Assembly (NCBI RefSeq): GCF_032191835.1 | Contig: NC_083235.1 | Coordinates: forward strand, 23,994,001 to 24,058,000 | Source of the DNA: Heteronotia binoei | Lineage: Eukaryota | Length of the DNA: 64,000 nucleotides | Reading direction: 5' to 3' | Shown: one piece after another, positions 49,401 to 59,658 of the stretch | How the letters are laid out: each line of letters begins with the position of its first letter | How positions within the stretch are numbered: position 1 is the first letter of the stretch | Notes under the pieces: model-generated | Told to the model about the DNA's origin: nothing | What the model saw: the letters and a program-made list of their open reading frames with translations, nothing else | Database searches by the model: none | Made by a program: the position numbers and the translations under genes

Positions 49401-51290
49401 CCCATTGAAAATCACTTTTTTATAGCTGCCATGTAATGGCAGAACAAAAATGGCTTGAAGAAAGTATAACAGCGGCGCTGAGCTGGTTTTTTTTCCTGGA
49501 GACAGGGTGCCTGTAGCTGCAGAATGGCTATACTAAGAGCTGGTCTATTTTAAAAATGTAAGCTGGTCTACATGCCATGGCTTTCTCCAAAGAATTCTGA
49601 GAATTGTAGTTTGGAAGAGTGCTGGACATTCTGGTCTGGGATCTTACCATTCCACTGAACAAAGTCTGAAGCCTTCCTCCAGCCCTCACAGAAGGTCAGC
49701 TGAAGGAATAGCCACATAAATTGGAGGAAGTTCTTCTAGCTTAAGGTAGGAGATATGTCTCCACCAGAGAGTGCTAGCCCTTCTGATACAATAATAGCTG
49801 GAGGTCTTTGTGGGGAAAGCCACAACAATAAAACTGGATAAAGTTGTAGTATAGTTTTGCCTTCAGAATTATATTTATGTTGCTGGATCAAGCCAAACTT
49901 CTATCAAGACTAATGTTCTGTTATGGAAGAGAGCAATGGTCAAGATTCATTGCGTAATGTAATCTGCTGAGCAGATCAGTATGGCCTGCATGACACATGG
50001 AAATGCTCCCCTAATTTATGCATGGCCATTAGAATGACCCCCTTGCTCTCCCTTCTAGCTTGCACTAGAACATCATCGAGTAACGGTATACAGGGATTTT
50101 TTCTTTTGTAGAAGAAGCCCAGCAGGAGCTCCCCCATGCCTTCCCCAGCACACACACCACAGCAGGCACGCTGGAGAAGACTGAAGCCATTGGGGAGGCA
50201 TTTAAATTGGCCTCCCCACACCTTTCCCAGCATGCCAGCCAGAGCCCTGCCCAGCCCAGCTGAAGGTCCGCTCCCGTGCGGCTCCCATCCTAAAACAAAC
50301 AAACAAACCCCTGACATTATATCTGCACTTTGGAGCTTCCTGCTCAGAGCTATGCGCACACACACTTGAAGAGATATTTCCACATACTAAACACAAAGGG
50401 GGATGAAACAGTTCTCTTCTCACAGTTCCTTTGCCCGCCTCCCATCACGCCTGCTGGAGAGACAAACGTGTAACTCCACTGCATATGGGAGCGGGCATCA
50501 GGAATCCAAGAAAGAACAATGTCAAAGTAACTTTCTGCTTTGTAGCTGTGGAACTGTTAAAAGAAGCCAATGGAATGTCTGAGTTAACAACCTGAAATGT
50601 GATAATGGTTTAGGACTGCCATCACATCAGGGCTTGGATACCGAACTTTTCCAGGAGCAAGGAGAGGAAAGGTTTTTCTTTTTTTAACCAAGCTATTCCT
50701 GGGAGCCAAGAGCCCCCAAAAATCACCCCCTCTTGCAGGGTTTTTTTTTTAAAAAAAAATCTAGGTGAGATCCAAGCCCAATAGCTTCTTTTCCAGTGGT
50801 AATTCTCCAGAGTTTAAGATGCTGCAATAAGGCCCTTAGTGAGAAAGAATTCGGGCTTTTTTTGTAGCAGGAACTCCTTTGCATCTTAGGCCACACATCC
50901 CTGTTGTAGCCAATCCTCCAAGAGCTTACAGGGCTCTTCTTACAGCGTCTACTGTAAGCTCTTCGAGGATTGGCTACATCAGGGGTGTGTGGCTAATAAG
51001 CAAAGAAGTTCCTGCTACAAAAAAAGCCCTGAAGAATCCATGCTATTGTGTATACTAGGAATGGCTGTGCTGGGTAAGATGAATGAAACATGGTATGGAA
51101 AGCATTAATTAGTCTGGGCAACACCAGAGCTGCCATTTTGGAATGTTAAGACCTACAGCACTCCCAAGACTTACCATGGGTACTTCTCCAGCCAGTCTCC
51201 AAGGAAGCAACGCAGGTTGTGAGGAAACTCTTCACTGTAGCCATTGAACAGCTCTGGAGATATGTCGCAAACAAAGCTCCACAAGGCCAT
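3214..51290 (-). CDS. STAT6: STAT6 (signal transducer and activator of transcription 6), spliced CDS of about 22-23 coding exons, ~848 aa
   Basis: Exon translations match STAT6: MALWSFV...[90 protein letters not shown]. All have GT-AG boundaries and continuous phase. Confidence 0.97.
4317..4478 (-). CDS. STAT6: STAT6 penultimate coding exon (162 nt, phase 2-2)
   Basis: [53 protein letters not shown](L); tccatccag / gtgagt; weakly like human DPLLCSDVTMVEDSCL. Confidence 0.8.
5914..6181 (-). mobile_element. Second tRNA-derived squamate SINE family; copies also at about 217-477(-), 9473-9740(-), 11613-11885(+), 16925-17196(-), 18508-18762(-), 44362-44645(+)
   Basis: Shared head gccagtttggtgtagtggttaag...ggtttgattcccc (A/B-box-like) and tail gggtataaat(ctt)n. 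Confidence 0.8.
6197..6286 (-). CDS. STAT6: STAT6 TAD exon (90 nt, phase 2-2)
   Basis: [29 protein letters not shown](T); long pyrimidine tract ending ttctcgcag, donor gtaaga. Confidence 0.72.
7849..8122 (-). mobile_element. L2-type LINE ORF2 C-terminal remnant
   Basis: [12 protein letters not shown]...[33 protein letters not shown], the typical L2 motif; related 3' ends at about 6950-7390(-), 36533-36960(+), 53380-53580(+). Confidence 0.85.
9061..9162 (-). CDS. STAT6: Weak candidate STAT6 TAD exon (102 nt, phase 2-2)
   Basis: Open frame [33 protein letters not shown]; AG/GT present but weak (atttctag / gtgata); no homology support. Confidence 0.3.
10352..10436. repeat. (TA)n microsatellite; also at about 5267-5307 and 4690-4706
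   Basis: Direct reading. Confidence 0.97.
10467..10717. other. Assembly gap (N run)
   Basis: Run of N next to (TA)n and a purine-rich low-complexity tract. Confidence 0.99.
13060..13155 (-). CDS. STAT6: STAT6 transactivation-domain exon, duplicate copy 2 (96 nt, phase 2-2)
   Basis: [31 protein letters not shown]; cattctag / gtaagt; paralogous to 14731-14823. Confidence 0.78.
13187..13372 (-). mobile_element. Short retro-insertion (L1-like 3' end) inside the duplicated unit
   Basis: 11-bp TSD tgttagcatcc (13176-13186, 13373-13383); absent from the paralogous unit at ~14847. Confidence 0.75.
14731..14823 (-). CDS. STAT6: STAT6 transactivation-domain exon, duplicate copy 1 (93 nt, phase 2-2)
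   Basis: [30 protein letters not shown](G); aattccag / gtaagt; weak resemblance to human exon 18 (PTPELQ...VPSYDLGMAP). Confidence 0.82.
15026..15329. mobile_element. hAT-like MITE family (CAGGGGTGGCCAAAC termini); copies at about 19940-20445, 40368-40750, 48620-48877, 53820-54176
   Basis: Shared body (gagccacatgtggctc) and TIRs; several copies carry (CCTT)n/(GGAA)n tracts. Confidence 0.75.
15877..15940 (-). CDS. STAT6: STAT6 exon (human exon 17 equivalent, phosphotyrosine tail), 64 nt
   Basis: (E)[20 protein letters not shown](T); the Tyr aligns with human Y641 (GYVPATIKMTV); cctacag / gtgagt. Confidence 0.93.
16649..16795 (-). CDS. STAT6: STAT6 exon (human exon 16 equivalent, SH2 C-terminal part), 147 nt
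   Basis: [48 protein letters not shown]; cttcag / gtgagc. Confidence 0.96.
20258..20349. repeat. (CCTT)n microsatellite; complementary (GGAA)n at about 53905-53969
   Basis: Direct reading. Confidence 0.95.
20690..20826 (-). CDS. STAT6: STAT6 exon (human exon 15 equivalent, SH2 core), 137 nt
   Basis: [45 protein letters not shown](G); acgcag / gtaggt. Confidence 0.97.
22858..23498 (+). mobile_element. Non-autonomous hAT element (~640 bp); second long copy at 47477-48093, shorter relatives at about 37807-38226 and 60580-60903
   Basis: TIR-like ends CA(G)GGGTGTCAAA...TTTGACACCCC(T)G; perfect 8-bp TSDs ctctaggc and acttagat. Confidence 0.85.
23984..24078 (-). CDS. STAT6: STAT6 exon (human exon 14 equivalent), 95 nt
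   Basis: [31 protein letters not shown](R); preceded by a 97-nt intron; ttatag / gtaagg. Confidence 0.97.
24176..24382 (-). CDS. STAT6: STAT6 exon (human exon 13 equivalent, linker), 207 nt
   Basis: [69 protein letters not shown]. Confidence 0.97.
28903..29345 (-). mobile_element. CR1-type LINE 3' end or CR1-derived element; others at about 3603-3800, 21290-21586, 27860-28168, 43632-43810; different CR1 tail (tctatga)n at about 28340-28560 and 48300-48390
   Basis: Shared sequence ending in (cttatgtt)n or (ttctatga)n tails. Confidence 0.65.
29387..29479 (-). CDS. STAT6: STAT6 exon (human exon 12 equivalent), 93 nt
   Basis: [31 protein letters not shown]; ctccag / gtaagt. Confidence 0.97.
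30950..31072 (-). CDS. STAT6: STAT6 exon (human exon 11 equivalent), 123 nt
   Basis: [41 protein letters not shown]; cctttag / gtaata. Confidence 0.96.
31962..32049 (-). CDS. STAT6: STAT6 exon (human exon 10 equivalent), 88 nt
   Basis: [29 protein letters not shown]; atttcag / gtgagt. Confidence 0.95.
33719..33912 (+). mobile_element. MITE family with CAGTGTTCCCTCTAAG termini; copies at about 14311-14500, 21030-21204, 30077-30270, 32486-32680
   Basis: Shared ~190-bp body and TIRs; near-perfect 8-bp TSD gtgatgac/gtaatgac at the 32486 copy. Confidence 0.75.
34038..34223. mobile_element. Palindromic hAT MITE (~186 bp); other copies at 34449-34633 and about 45066-45245, 50852-51030, 55118-55288
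   Basis: Whole element is an inverted repeat; perfect 8-bp TSDs catgacag and tgtccacc. Confidence 0.88.
38703..38891 (-). CDS. STAT6: STAT6 exon (human exon 9 equivalent, start of DNA-binding domain), 189 nt
   Basis: [62 protein letters not shown]; tttaag / gtgagt. Confidence 0.96.
38948..39316 (+). mobile_element. 5'-truncated L1-like insertion
   Basis: 14-bp TSD caaggatcagctct (38934-38947, 39317-39330); AT-rich 3' UTR and A-rich tail. Confidence 0.75.
40545..40685. other. Assembly gap (N run)
   Basis: Run of N inside a hAT-type MITE, where other copies carry a (CCTT)n tract. Confidence 0.99.
40787..40918 (-). CDS. STAT6: STAT6 exon (human exon 8 equivalent), 132 nt
   Basis: [43 protein letters not shown](S); gacag / gtaaac. 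Confidence 0.93.
41128..41523 (+). mobile_element. L1-like 5' end fragment (5' UTR plus ORF1 N-terminus and coiled coil)
   Basis: [11 protein letters not shown]...[35 protein letters not shown] heptad pattern; 7-bp flanking repeat agcaaag. Confidence 0.65.
42525..42673 (-). CDS. STAT6: STAT6 exon (human exon 7 equivalent, coiled-coil), 149 nt
   Basis: [49 protein letters not shown](R); ctccag / gtgagt. Confidence 0.96.
43940..43990 (-). CDS. STAT6: Candidate small STAT6 exon, 51 nt, phase 0->0 (or 41 nt from an internal AG)
   Basis: [17 protein letters not shown]; acceptor cttctctgcag, strong donor AAT|gtgagt; position fits human exon 6. Confidence 0.65.
44956..44999 (-). CDS. STAT6: Candidate small STAT6 exon, 44 nt, phase 1->0
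   Basis: (A)[14 protein letters not shown]; acceptor cacctttcag, donor CAG|gtattg. It restores the frame together with the 51-nt exon. No recognisable homology. Confidence 0.5.
45283..45412 (-). CDS. STAT6: STAT6 exon (human exon 5 equivalent), 130 nt, ends in phase 1
   Basis: [43 protein letters not shown]; ttatag / gtgagc. Confidence 0.93.
46859..46942 (-). CDS. STAT6: STAT6 exon (human exon 4 equivalent), 84 nt
   Basis: [28 protein letters not shown] vs human [28 protein letters not shown]; ttacag / gtaggg. Confidence 0.93.
49013..49151 (-). CDS. STAT6: STAT6 exon (human exon 3 equivalent), 139 nt
   Basis: [46 protein letters not shown]; acceptor tctcctcag, donor GAG|gtacg. Confidence 0.93.
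51175..51290 (-). CDS. STAT6: STAT6 first coding exon (N-terminal domain), 116 nt
   Basis: [38 protein letters not shown](W); donor TG|gtaag; same size as the human first coding exon. Confidence 0.95.
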
Positions 51291-52891
51291 CTTGGAACTG
51301 GTCATCCACAGATGTAAAAGAAGAAGCTGGCAGTTACAACACAGCACAGAGAGGAAGTTACAGTATATTGGCCAACATGCGGTTACCCATCTACAACTCA
51401 GGCAGGTCCCACCTACAAGAGTTTCCACTTGGAAGGGGGCTGCACTCAATATTATAAACATCAATACAATCTAGGACTGTATTTACCGAGATAATCATTA
51501 AGTCGCAATAGAAGTGGAAAAGACCAGGGCCTGGGAGAAGACGATCCTGTGGCAGAACAGCTTTTCTATCTGTGGGGAACGGAAGGGAGAGTTTTGCCTA
51601 TCTCTTCTGCTGCAAATTTGCTCCCGACGCTCTTCCTTTGAGTCCACTAGTTCACAGGAGCACAATTCTCAGGAGAAATGCAGTGAGGAGGGAAGCTGCC
51701 TTCCTGTATCACAACTTACAGTAATTCAGATGGCCAATTTGGGCCGACACAGGAACCCCCACATCTGGATTAAAAGGCATGTTCAAACACACACATCTGG
51801 GTCCCATCTTGCTCTCGCCCTTACCTCATCCTCCGCCATCACTATGCCACTTCAAAATGCTACCAGGTAGGAAAAAAAGCTAAAGGTAGTCCCCTGTGCA
51901 AGCACCAGTCGTTTCTGACTCTGGGGTGATGTCACATCACAACATTTTCATGGCAGACCTTTTGTTACATGGTGGTTTGCCATTGCCTTCCCCAGCCATC
52001 TACACTTTCCCCCCAGCAAGCTGGGTATTCATTTTACCAACCTCAGAAGGATGGAAAGCTGAGTCAACCTTGAGCCAGCTACCTGAGCCCAGCTTCCGCC
52101 AGGATCGAACTCAGGTCGTGAGCAGAGCTTGGACTGCAGTACTGCAGCTTATCGCTCTGCACCACAGGGCTCTCTACCAGGTAGTAGATGATAGCAAATC
52201 TTGGAAGTGATTCCTCGTTACCTTACCCAGCTGCCTGAACAGCTGGGGAGTGCCAGGAAAGCATCTCTCATGCACTTGAGTGGTATGACCGCTCCTCTGG
52301 GGCGTGCACAGCCTGCCCCTGTCCTGGCAGCAGGCCACACTCTGACCACCCCCAGGGTGCTTTCTACTATGCCAGCTTTTTTTTGCGACAGGAGGCTGCT
52401 GCCCCAAGCTGCCGGTGGGAATCCAGCCTACGCTCAGCTTAGGATCCAACCCAAAAGTCTGCTTTATGAAACCAATTCCACAAGGACGAGAAGGGCTATC
52501 AAAGCTATCTCTACAGACCAAACGTGACTCAGGCCAGAGCAAGTCACAAATAGTAGATAGGTGCTTTACAGAACAATGGGAGTCTCAGACGACCAGCTGG
52601 TGCATGTCCGTGGGCACCAGACAGCAAAGGAGGCTTGAGAGCTTCCCAAGCCTCCTTTGCTGTCTGGTGCCCACGGACATGCACCAGAGGAGATAATGAG
52701 TAATGGGCCAGAGGAGATAATGAGTAATGAGCCTGGAGGAGGCTATCCAACAGATAAGTATGTGCTTGCAAGTGTAATTAACAAGCAAGGCTAAATGTGT
52801 GTGTGCCAGCACAGAGTTTCAGAGGCTGAATACTGAATTGTAACAATTGTAAATATAAAAGACAAATGTAATCAATGTATTAATGTTACCA

Positions 52892-53307
52892 TGGTGAGAA
52901 TATGAATATGTAATATTGAAATGGATTGCAGCATGAGCTTAAAACTGAGGAGGGGTGTCACTTATATGTAAAAAGTCTTGACAGTTTTCTAGCACATGCT
53001 GGGAAAGCGAAACTGATCTGCCAGGTAGATCATCTAAATGACAGGAGGTGGCTGGGTGCCAGGTTGTATCAGCCCAGAGCAAAGTCAGCATGACTCAGCA
53101 GGAAGCTGATTGGTTACTTGATGTATAAATGTACAAAGTCACTTTACTATGTGTGGGTTATGGAAGTTGGAGAGCAGCGGAGCATTCTGTCGGATTGGAG
53201 AGTGAGAGGTGTAAATAAATTGTATATAGTGGTTTTTACACTACTGTGTGCAACCCTCATTCTTTGCGTCACTAAAGACCACCCTCTTAAGCTCGGGCGC
53301 ATCAACA
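52892..53307 (+). mobile_element. Candidate solo LTR
   Basis: TGgTGA...TCAACA termini; TATAAA at 53124, AATAAA at 53214; no clear TSD. Confidence 0.5.
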
Positions 53308-56300
53308 TGGAGACCAAGTCACTTCTAAAAACTTGAACCACACTTGAAGAGGGGAAATAACTATATCTAGGGTTAGATGGGTGGCAACCCAAGAAAGGGT
53401 CTTCTTGGTCATGGCACCAAACCTATGGAACTCCCTATCCAGGAAGATTTACCTGTTCCCTTCTATCGTTGACCCCTTTTATTACTGGGTGAAGACTTTT
53501 CTGTTTTGCTTGTCATGCCCTCATTGGCTCTCCATGGCCCTCCTTCCCATTTGTGTGAGTTTCCACCACCATTACAATATGTGATAGTTGCCTTGGCTTT
53601 AGGAGACTGTGCCAATTCACAGAGGATAGGTGTATTAATGGGTATTAGCCAGAATAGCTATGCTGTTCAGAAGGACCATGCATATAACTTTATCCCTCGT
53701 GCCTTGCTTGCAGGCTTCTCAGGGATAACTGGTTGGCCGCTGCTTGAAACAGGATATAAAACTAGATGGAACTTTGGTCTGATCCGGCATGGCTACTCTT
53801 ATGATCTTACAATCTAGCACAGGGGTGGTCAAACTTGCTTGATGAAAGAGTCACATAAGATAAACATCAGATGTCTGAGAGCCACAAGACGGATGGATGG
53901 ATGGATGGAAGGAAGGAAGGAAGGAAGGAAGGAAGGAAGGAAGGAAGGAAGGAAGGAAGGAAGGAAGGAAAAGAGATGGGGGAGAGAGAGGTGGAAAGAA
54001 AGCACCTTTCAATTTAAATGCCTTCTCCAAGCCACCGGTTGGCTTCCTTAGAGAAGTGACTTAAAGAGAAAAATGCCTTCTCCAAGCCAGTCAATGGAGT
54101 GGTGGGGCTTCAAGAGCCACACAATGTCTGTGAAAGAGCCACATGTGGCTCCCAAGCCACAGTTTGGCCACCCCTGATCTAGCATTATGTTTGATGCTTC
54201 CACATCAGGAACGAAGGAAGGAACGAAGGAACAAAATCATGTGTTAAAAAAAAAAAGTCATGAGACTCAACTCTTGCATAACCCATGTTCCCGACACACC
54301 ACTCCAGTAAGCTTTCTTTAATACATCAGCTATTCCTCTTGTCTCTTTTTTGGCCTTCCCCCTTTCTCTTCCTCCCCCTCTTTCATGCTTAGGGGGGAAA
54401 ACCTGCAGGTCGGTGCCACATTTCCTTGAAAGGTGCGGTAAACTTTTCACTCTAGGCAAATATTTATACTGGGTTTTGAAATGTTATATAAAGTCCTTGA
54501 CAAGATGCTGGATTTTAAAGGCTGCAGTCCGGCTCTCAAGTGTGCTCACGTTATTTGCTTTCAGTGGTGCAGGGCCAATATGGGAAGAGGTTGCTTTAAT
54601 GATATAACAGCTCAGGTAAGAACCAGAAGCACCTCATCAAAGGATTCGGCTTAGCAGCAGTAAATCATTGGGCCCCGTACAGCCACCCCATGTGCAAACC
54701 AGGACTCATGTCTGGTTTGTTTCCTCCCACAACTCTTACACGGCTCCCCTCCCCCAACCCTTCACAGATGTACCAGTCCACTAATGGAATGCTGATTCAG
54801 CATCCAGCTTGACTACCACAATTCATAACAGAAGAGCTCTGCCAAATCAAGTCAAAGGTCCATCCTGTTCAGCATTCCCTGCAGCAATCAACCAGACATT
54901 TCCGGGAAGTTCACGAGTAAGATATACAAACAAAAGGCCAATGCAGAGCGAATGAGCGCTGCCAGCAGGCCTTCAAGCAATGTGTTTTCAGAACAGTGAC
55001 AGCCGTGCCTCCTGCAGTACCTTTTGCATACCTAACACGGACGTCTTTTCACATCTGTGAAATGCTGCACAGTAGAAAACTCTATGGGTATACCTTGACA
55101 TTTTAAATGGAAAAACGCAGGGGTGGAATTCTAGCAGGAGCTTATTTACATATTAGGCCACACACCCCTGATGTAGCCAATCCTTCAAGAGCTTACAGGG
55201 CTCTTTTTTCTAAGTTCTTGGAGGATTGGCTACATCAGGGGTATGTGGCCTAATATGGAAAGGAGCTCCTGTTAGAATTCCACCCCTGGAAAAAAAAGCA
55301 CAACATACTAAGTCATAGATACACTGCAGTGAATGCATGAACACTGTTCACATTACATTAAACGCACGTAAGATCTGAATTCTTAATTTTTTGTTGTGCA
55401 TGCACTTAATTCTTACATTATATTCGACGCTTGTGCAGGTGAATAGGCGATTTCAACCCCCTGTTTATCCAGACAGCGGTCCCCAGTTTTATTTGAAAAG
55501 TTTATGTAACCCTCTGCAGATATTATGCTGGCATTCCATTCAAGCAGAAGTCTACCAGCTAAGTGTATTAGGAGTGCATGGGTCCCCATTATGCATCCAA
55601 TTCATACGATCACTGTATCATGACAACTGGGAAACGTGGATAATCTATACAGGTTGTGTCCCCAAGTTCTACAATCCAGTCCAGAGGAATGGAAGCTCTA
55701 CCCACATGGAAAATCCACACATTTCCCAATCCACAGGATATGCAGTTGCACAAAATGTGTTCCTGAAACATGGTGGTTGGCCTTCCCCCTTCCATGCAAA
55801 AACAACATCAGTGTAGCTTCTGCAGAGTGCTTGTGTATTGGCTGATTTTTACAGACAGATGGACACATGTACATGCAGGATGTATATCATTCACTATCAC
55901 ATATGAACAGGGCTCTATGAAACCCATGCATAAAAGTATACTGCTGAATAGAAATCACCTTCCAAATATAAAAAATGTGGAATATGCATATACATTAAAG
56001 TCACTGACGCATACAATATTGACATACATTATGTGGAACCTTCTTGTATCTAATGGCTTTGGGCAGCAGGGGACTCATGCAGATAAAAAAATTCCACACA
56101 ATGGGGATATATGGGGAATCTCCACATTTGCAGGAAAATGTGATTTAAAAAAGAAAAATCTGCAGTTTGAAAAAGAAGCCTATAGTGAAAAAAAATTCCA
56201 CTGTCCGAGTCACATGGTTCCCACACCATGCCAAAAAATGCCCAAAATTGAACTAGCCATTTGGATCCCTTTTTCCTGGCAGGGGTTGGGGATTGCCCAG

Positions 56301-59300
56301 GAAGGGTTAAACAGCCATTTAAACAGCTGATGGGCAGACCCGCTGTCAGGTTTAAATAGCTAGCAGCTCTTTCAGCGATCTGTTTTGTTTCCCCTTCTTT
56401 GAAGAGGGGGAGTGAAACTGACCAGCAAAGTGGCTCACAGCCATTTAAACCTAACAGATGAGCTGTGGACCCTTGCTGCTCCGCTGCTAAGTTTAAATGG
56501 CCCAACCAGCCGCACTGGACAAACGTTCAGGGGCTCTGAACTGGGCCTAAAGGTAAAGGTAATCCCCTGTGCAAGCACCAGTCATTTTCGACTCTGGGGT
56601 GACGTTGCTTTCACAACGTTTTCACGGCAGACTTTTTTTTTACAGGGTGGTTTGCCATTGCCTTCCCCAGTCATCTACGCTTTCCCCCCAGCAAGCTGGG
56701 TACTCACTTTACCGACTTCAGAAGGTTGGAAGGCTGAGTCAACCTGGAGCTGGCTACCTGAACCAGCTTCCGCTGGGATCGAACTCAGGTCGTGAGCAAA
56801 GGGCTCCGACTGCAGTACTGAAGCTTTACCACTCTGCGCCATGGGGCTAGTTCATGGCAAATTTTGGCTCCTGAACTGGTTTGTGCCTGTCCCTAGCCAG
56901 TACAGAAGAAGTGGAGCCTGGTGTATCTTGCTTTTGTTCAAATAATAAAGCAACACATATCAGAGAACGCTAAAATATTGAGATTGGCATTTAGTTTTAC
57001 ATGAAGTCAGCCAAAGTCCGTTTCCACTGTGTCTATTTTCAGAATGCTCTAAAGAGATTTAAATTTGATTCCCATTAATCATAAGGAGAGAAACATCTTG
57101 GGCTGCAAAATGCTGTGCGATCGTTGCGTGCAATACAACTTTCGGCTGTTCAGACCGAAAAGATGACCTTTTCGAGGAATGTTAGCAGACATCAAGAGTG
57201 AGCAGTAAATAGGAAAGTGCACAGCAAACTTGCAGTTCTCTGAGATTCCATAGGAAAACATCAGAGCAAGCCTGAAGAATTTGCAAATTCAGTCCTAGGG
57301 CTGCCAGCTCTTGCTTGGGAAACTACTGAAAATGGACATGGGAGCCATGCTCAGGGAAGGTGGAGCTTGGGCAGGAGTCAGAAGCACAGCAGGGAGTCTG
57401 ACTTCTGAAACCGCCATTTCCAAACAAAGAACTTCACTTGCGTTGCCAACCTCCAGGTGGGTGACAGGAGAAAACCCTAGGGTTCCGTGATAACCAGCCT
57501 CCAGAGAAGCATAAGGACACACAACACAAAACACACAACACAAAACACACTTATGGTATTACAAACATTCTCAGACAAACCATCTTATAAACATACCCCG
57601 ATATACAGAACATCTAAAGTGAAAACAAAGGAAGGACACAATCTAGAAAGTTCATAATAAGCAATCCCACGTAGTCAACAATCAGTCCGTCCACATTCAA
57701 AGGAATCCTCGGTCCAGTGGCTCCTGAGGAAATCCGGTAGTGTTTCTGAATAGTCCCAATTCCAAATAGTATGTTATGTACACAGCATAGCACAGCAACA
57801 AGGTAGTACTTTATATTCCCTCATTTCACTAGAAGCTTTGACCAGCTTTCAATAACTCCATCAGAGCATGGCAAGATTCCAATTCTTTGCACACAATTCA
57901 GTTACAATTTTCAAAAAGTCTTGCCACGGAACCTTAGGGTTTTCTCTCGTCAACCTCCAGGTGGGGCCTGGAGATCTCCCAGAATTGCAAATCATCTCCA
58001 GACTACCAAAATCAGTTCCTCTGGATAAAAATGACTGCTTTGGCAGGTGGACTTTATGGCATCATACCTCATTGATGTCCCTACCCTCCTCAGGTTCCAT
58101 ACCCTAAATCTCCAGGTATTTTTCAGCCTGGAGCTGGCAACCCTAGAGGTGGATCCTACCATCTTTCAAGTAACCTTTTTCCAACTTAAGTGGCTCCTCC
58201 TTATGATTGGGAAAAGGTTCTTTAGGTAAGAGGAAGGCTTTAAACTTGAGCCTGAAAGAAAGGCGGGGTATAAATGTTTCCATAAATAAATCAATAAACT
58301 CTGCTCAGGAGAGTAATAGAATCCACCCTGCAACCTGAAGATCAGACTCTATGCTCAGTGCTGTTCCTTCATTCAAAAAAAATGACAAAGAAGCTTGACA
58401 AAAAAAAATGTCCAAAGAAGTGTTTAGACCAGAAAAAGGGTGAATACTCTGCTGAATCACATATTCCAACAGTAGCCATCCATGGCACACCTATAGCTAA
58501 GGGGGTTACAGGGCTTTTTTTTAGCAGGAATGCACAAGAATGCAGTTCTGGCTGGCTTGGTATCGGGGGATGTGGCCTAATATGCAAATGAGTTACTGTG
58601 GGGCTTTTCCTACAAAAAAACCCCTGTACGGAACAATGGTGATGTCAAGGTGTGTGGCCTAATATGCAAATGAGTTCCTGCTGGAGACTGAGGCTCTAAG
58701 ATTCAGAGTGGAGGGCAGGGTATAAATCCAATATCATCTTCTATCTTCTTCTATTGTCAGCCCTAAAGGTGGCACATGATCTCAGAAAGTGCCGTCAAGA
58801 CACAGCTGACTTATGGCGATGCTGTAGAGCTTCCAAGGGAAGAGACACCCAGAGACCCTGATTTCCTTGGTGGTCTCCCATCTGAGTACTACAACGACTG
58901 ACCCTGCTTAGCTTCTAAGACCTGGGCTAACCTCGGCCATCCAAGACAGAGCTAAAGTAGTATTGCCCTCCTTAAATCAGAGAGGGTGAAGAAAGGGAAG
59001 TGCATGAATCCAAGAAAGAGCAAAAACTAGACATGCCACAGAAAGAGGAAGTGGCAACCAACCTGTGATTGACGGAAGAGAAGAACATAATACTAACCAA
59101 ACAGAAAGAAGGGAGGGACGAATCGTCTAAGGTTTCTAAATAAACAACCAAGCCAGATATCTTCACAGGAAATCTCTAGGCGTGGGACACTAACTTACAA
59201 AGTGACTCTGAGGATCAAACGTTACATCATGCAGCAACTGTGGGAGTTTATTTTTCTGGTGTGGGAGACGAGGAGAAGACAGTGCTTAACCCTTCTGTGG

Positions 59301-59658
59301 AATGCCATGAACCCTCCTCTGTGCAAGCTACTCTTACACCTGAAGGAGTTTTGGCCCCACATATAATGTGGGTAGGAAGTTCCAAAGCAAACAAAATGCT
59401 AGGGAAAGAATTAAGCAGATACTCTGTATTTACCCCAAATGAGACGAATTCTCCCCCCACCCCCTGTGTGCCATCAAGAAAAAAAGAGTGGGTCATCTTA
59501 CATTCATATAAGTTAAAATACATTTTAAAAAACAAAACAAAAAACCCAACAACAACACTTCTTTGAGTATAACCTTTTCAGGGGAGTCATTCTTACACTC
59601 AAGGTGGTCTTCCTTGCTGGGGGAGGAAGAGAAACAGGCAAACCTGCTCTTGCTATGT

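Noticed and set aside
3214-51290. STAT5 paralog or pseudogene interpretation
   Set aside because: The N-terminus, H415-equivalent, exon sizes and C-terminal motif fit STAT6. There are no frameshifts or stops in the assembled exons.
54900-54908. TTCCGGGAA GAS motif as a STAT autoregulatory site
   Set aside because: It lies in repeat-like context, and a single 9-mer is expected by chance in 64 kb.
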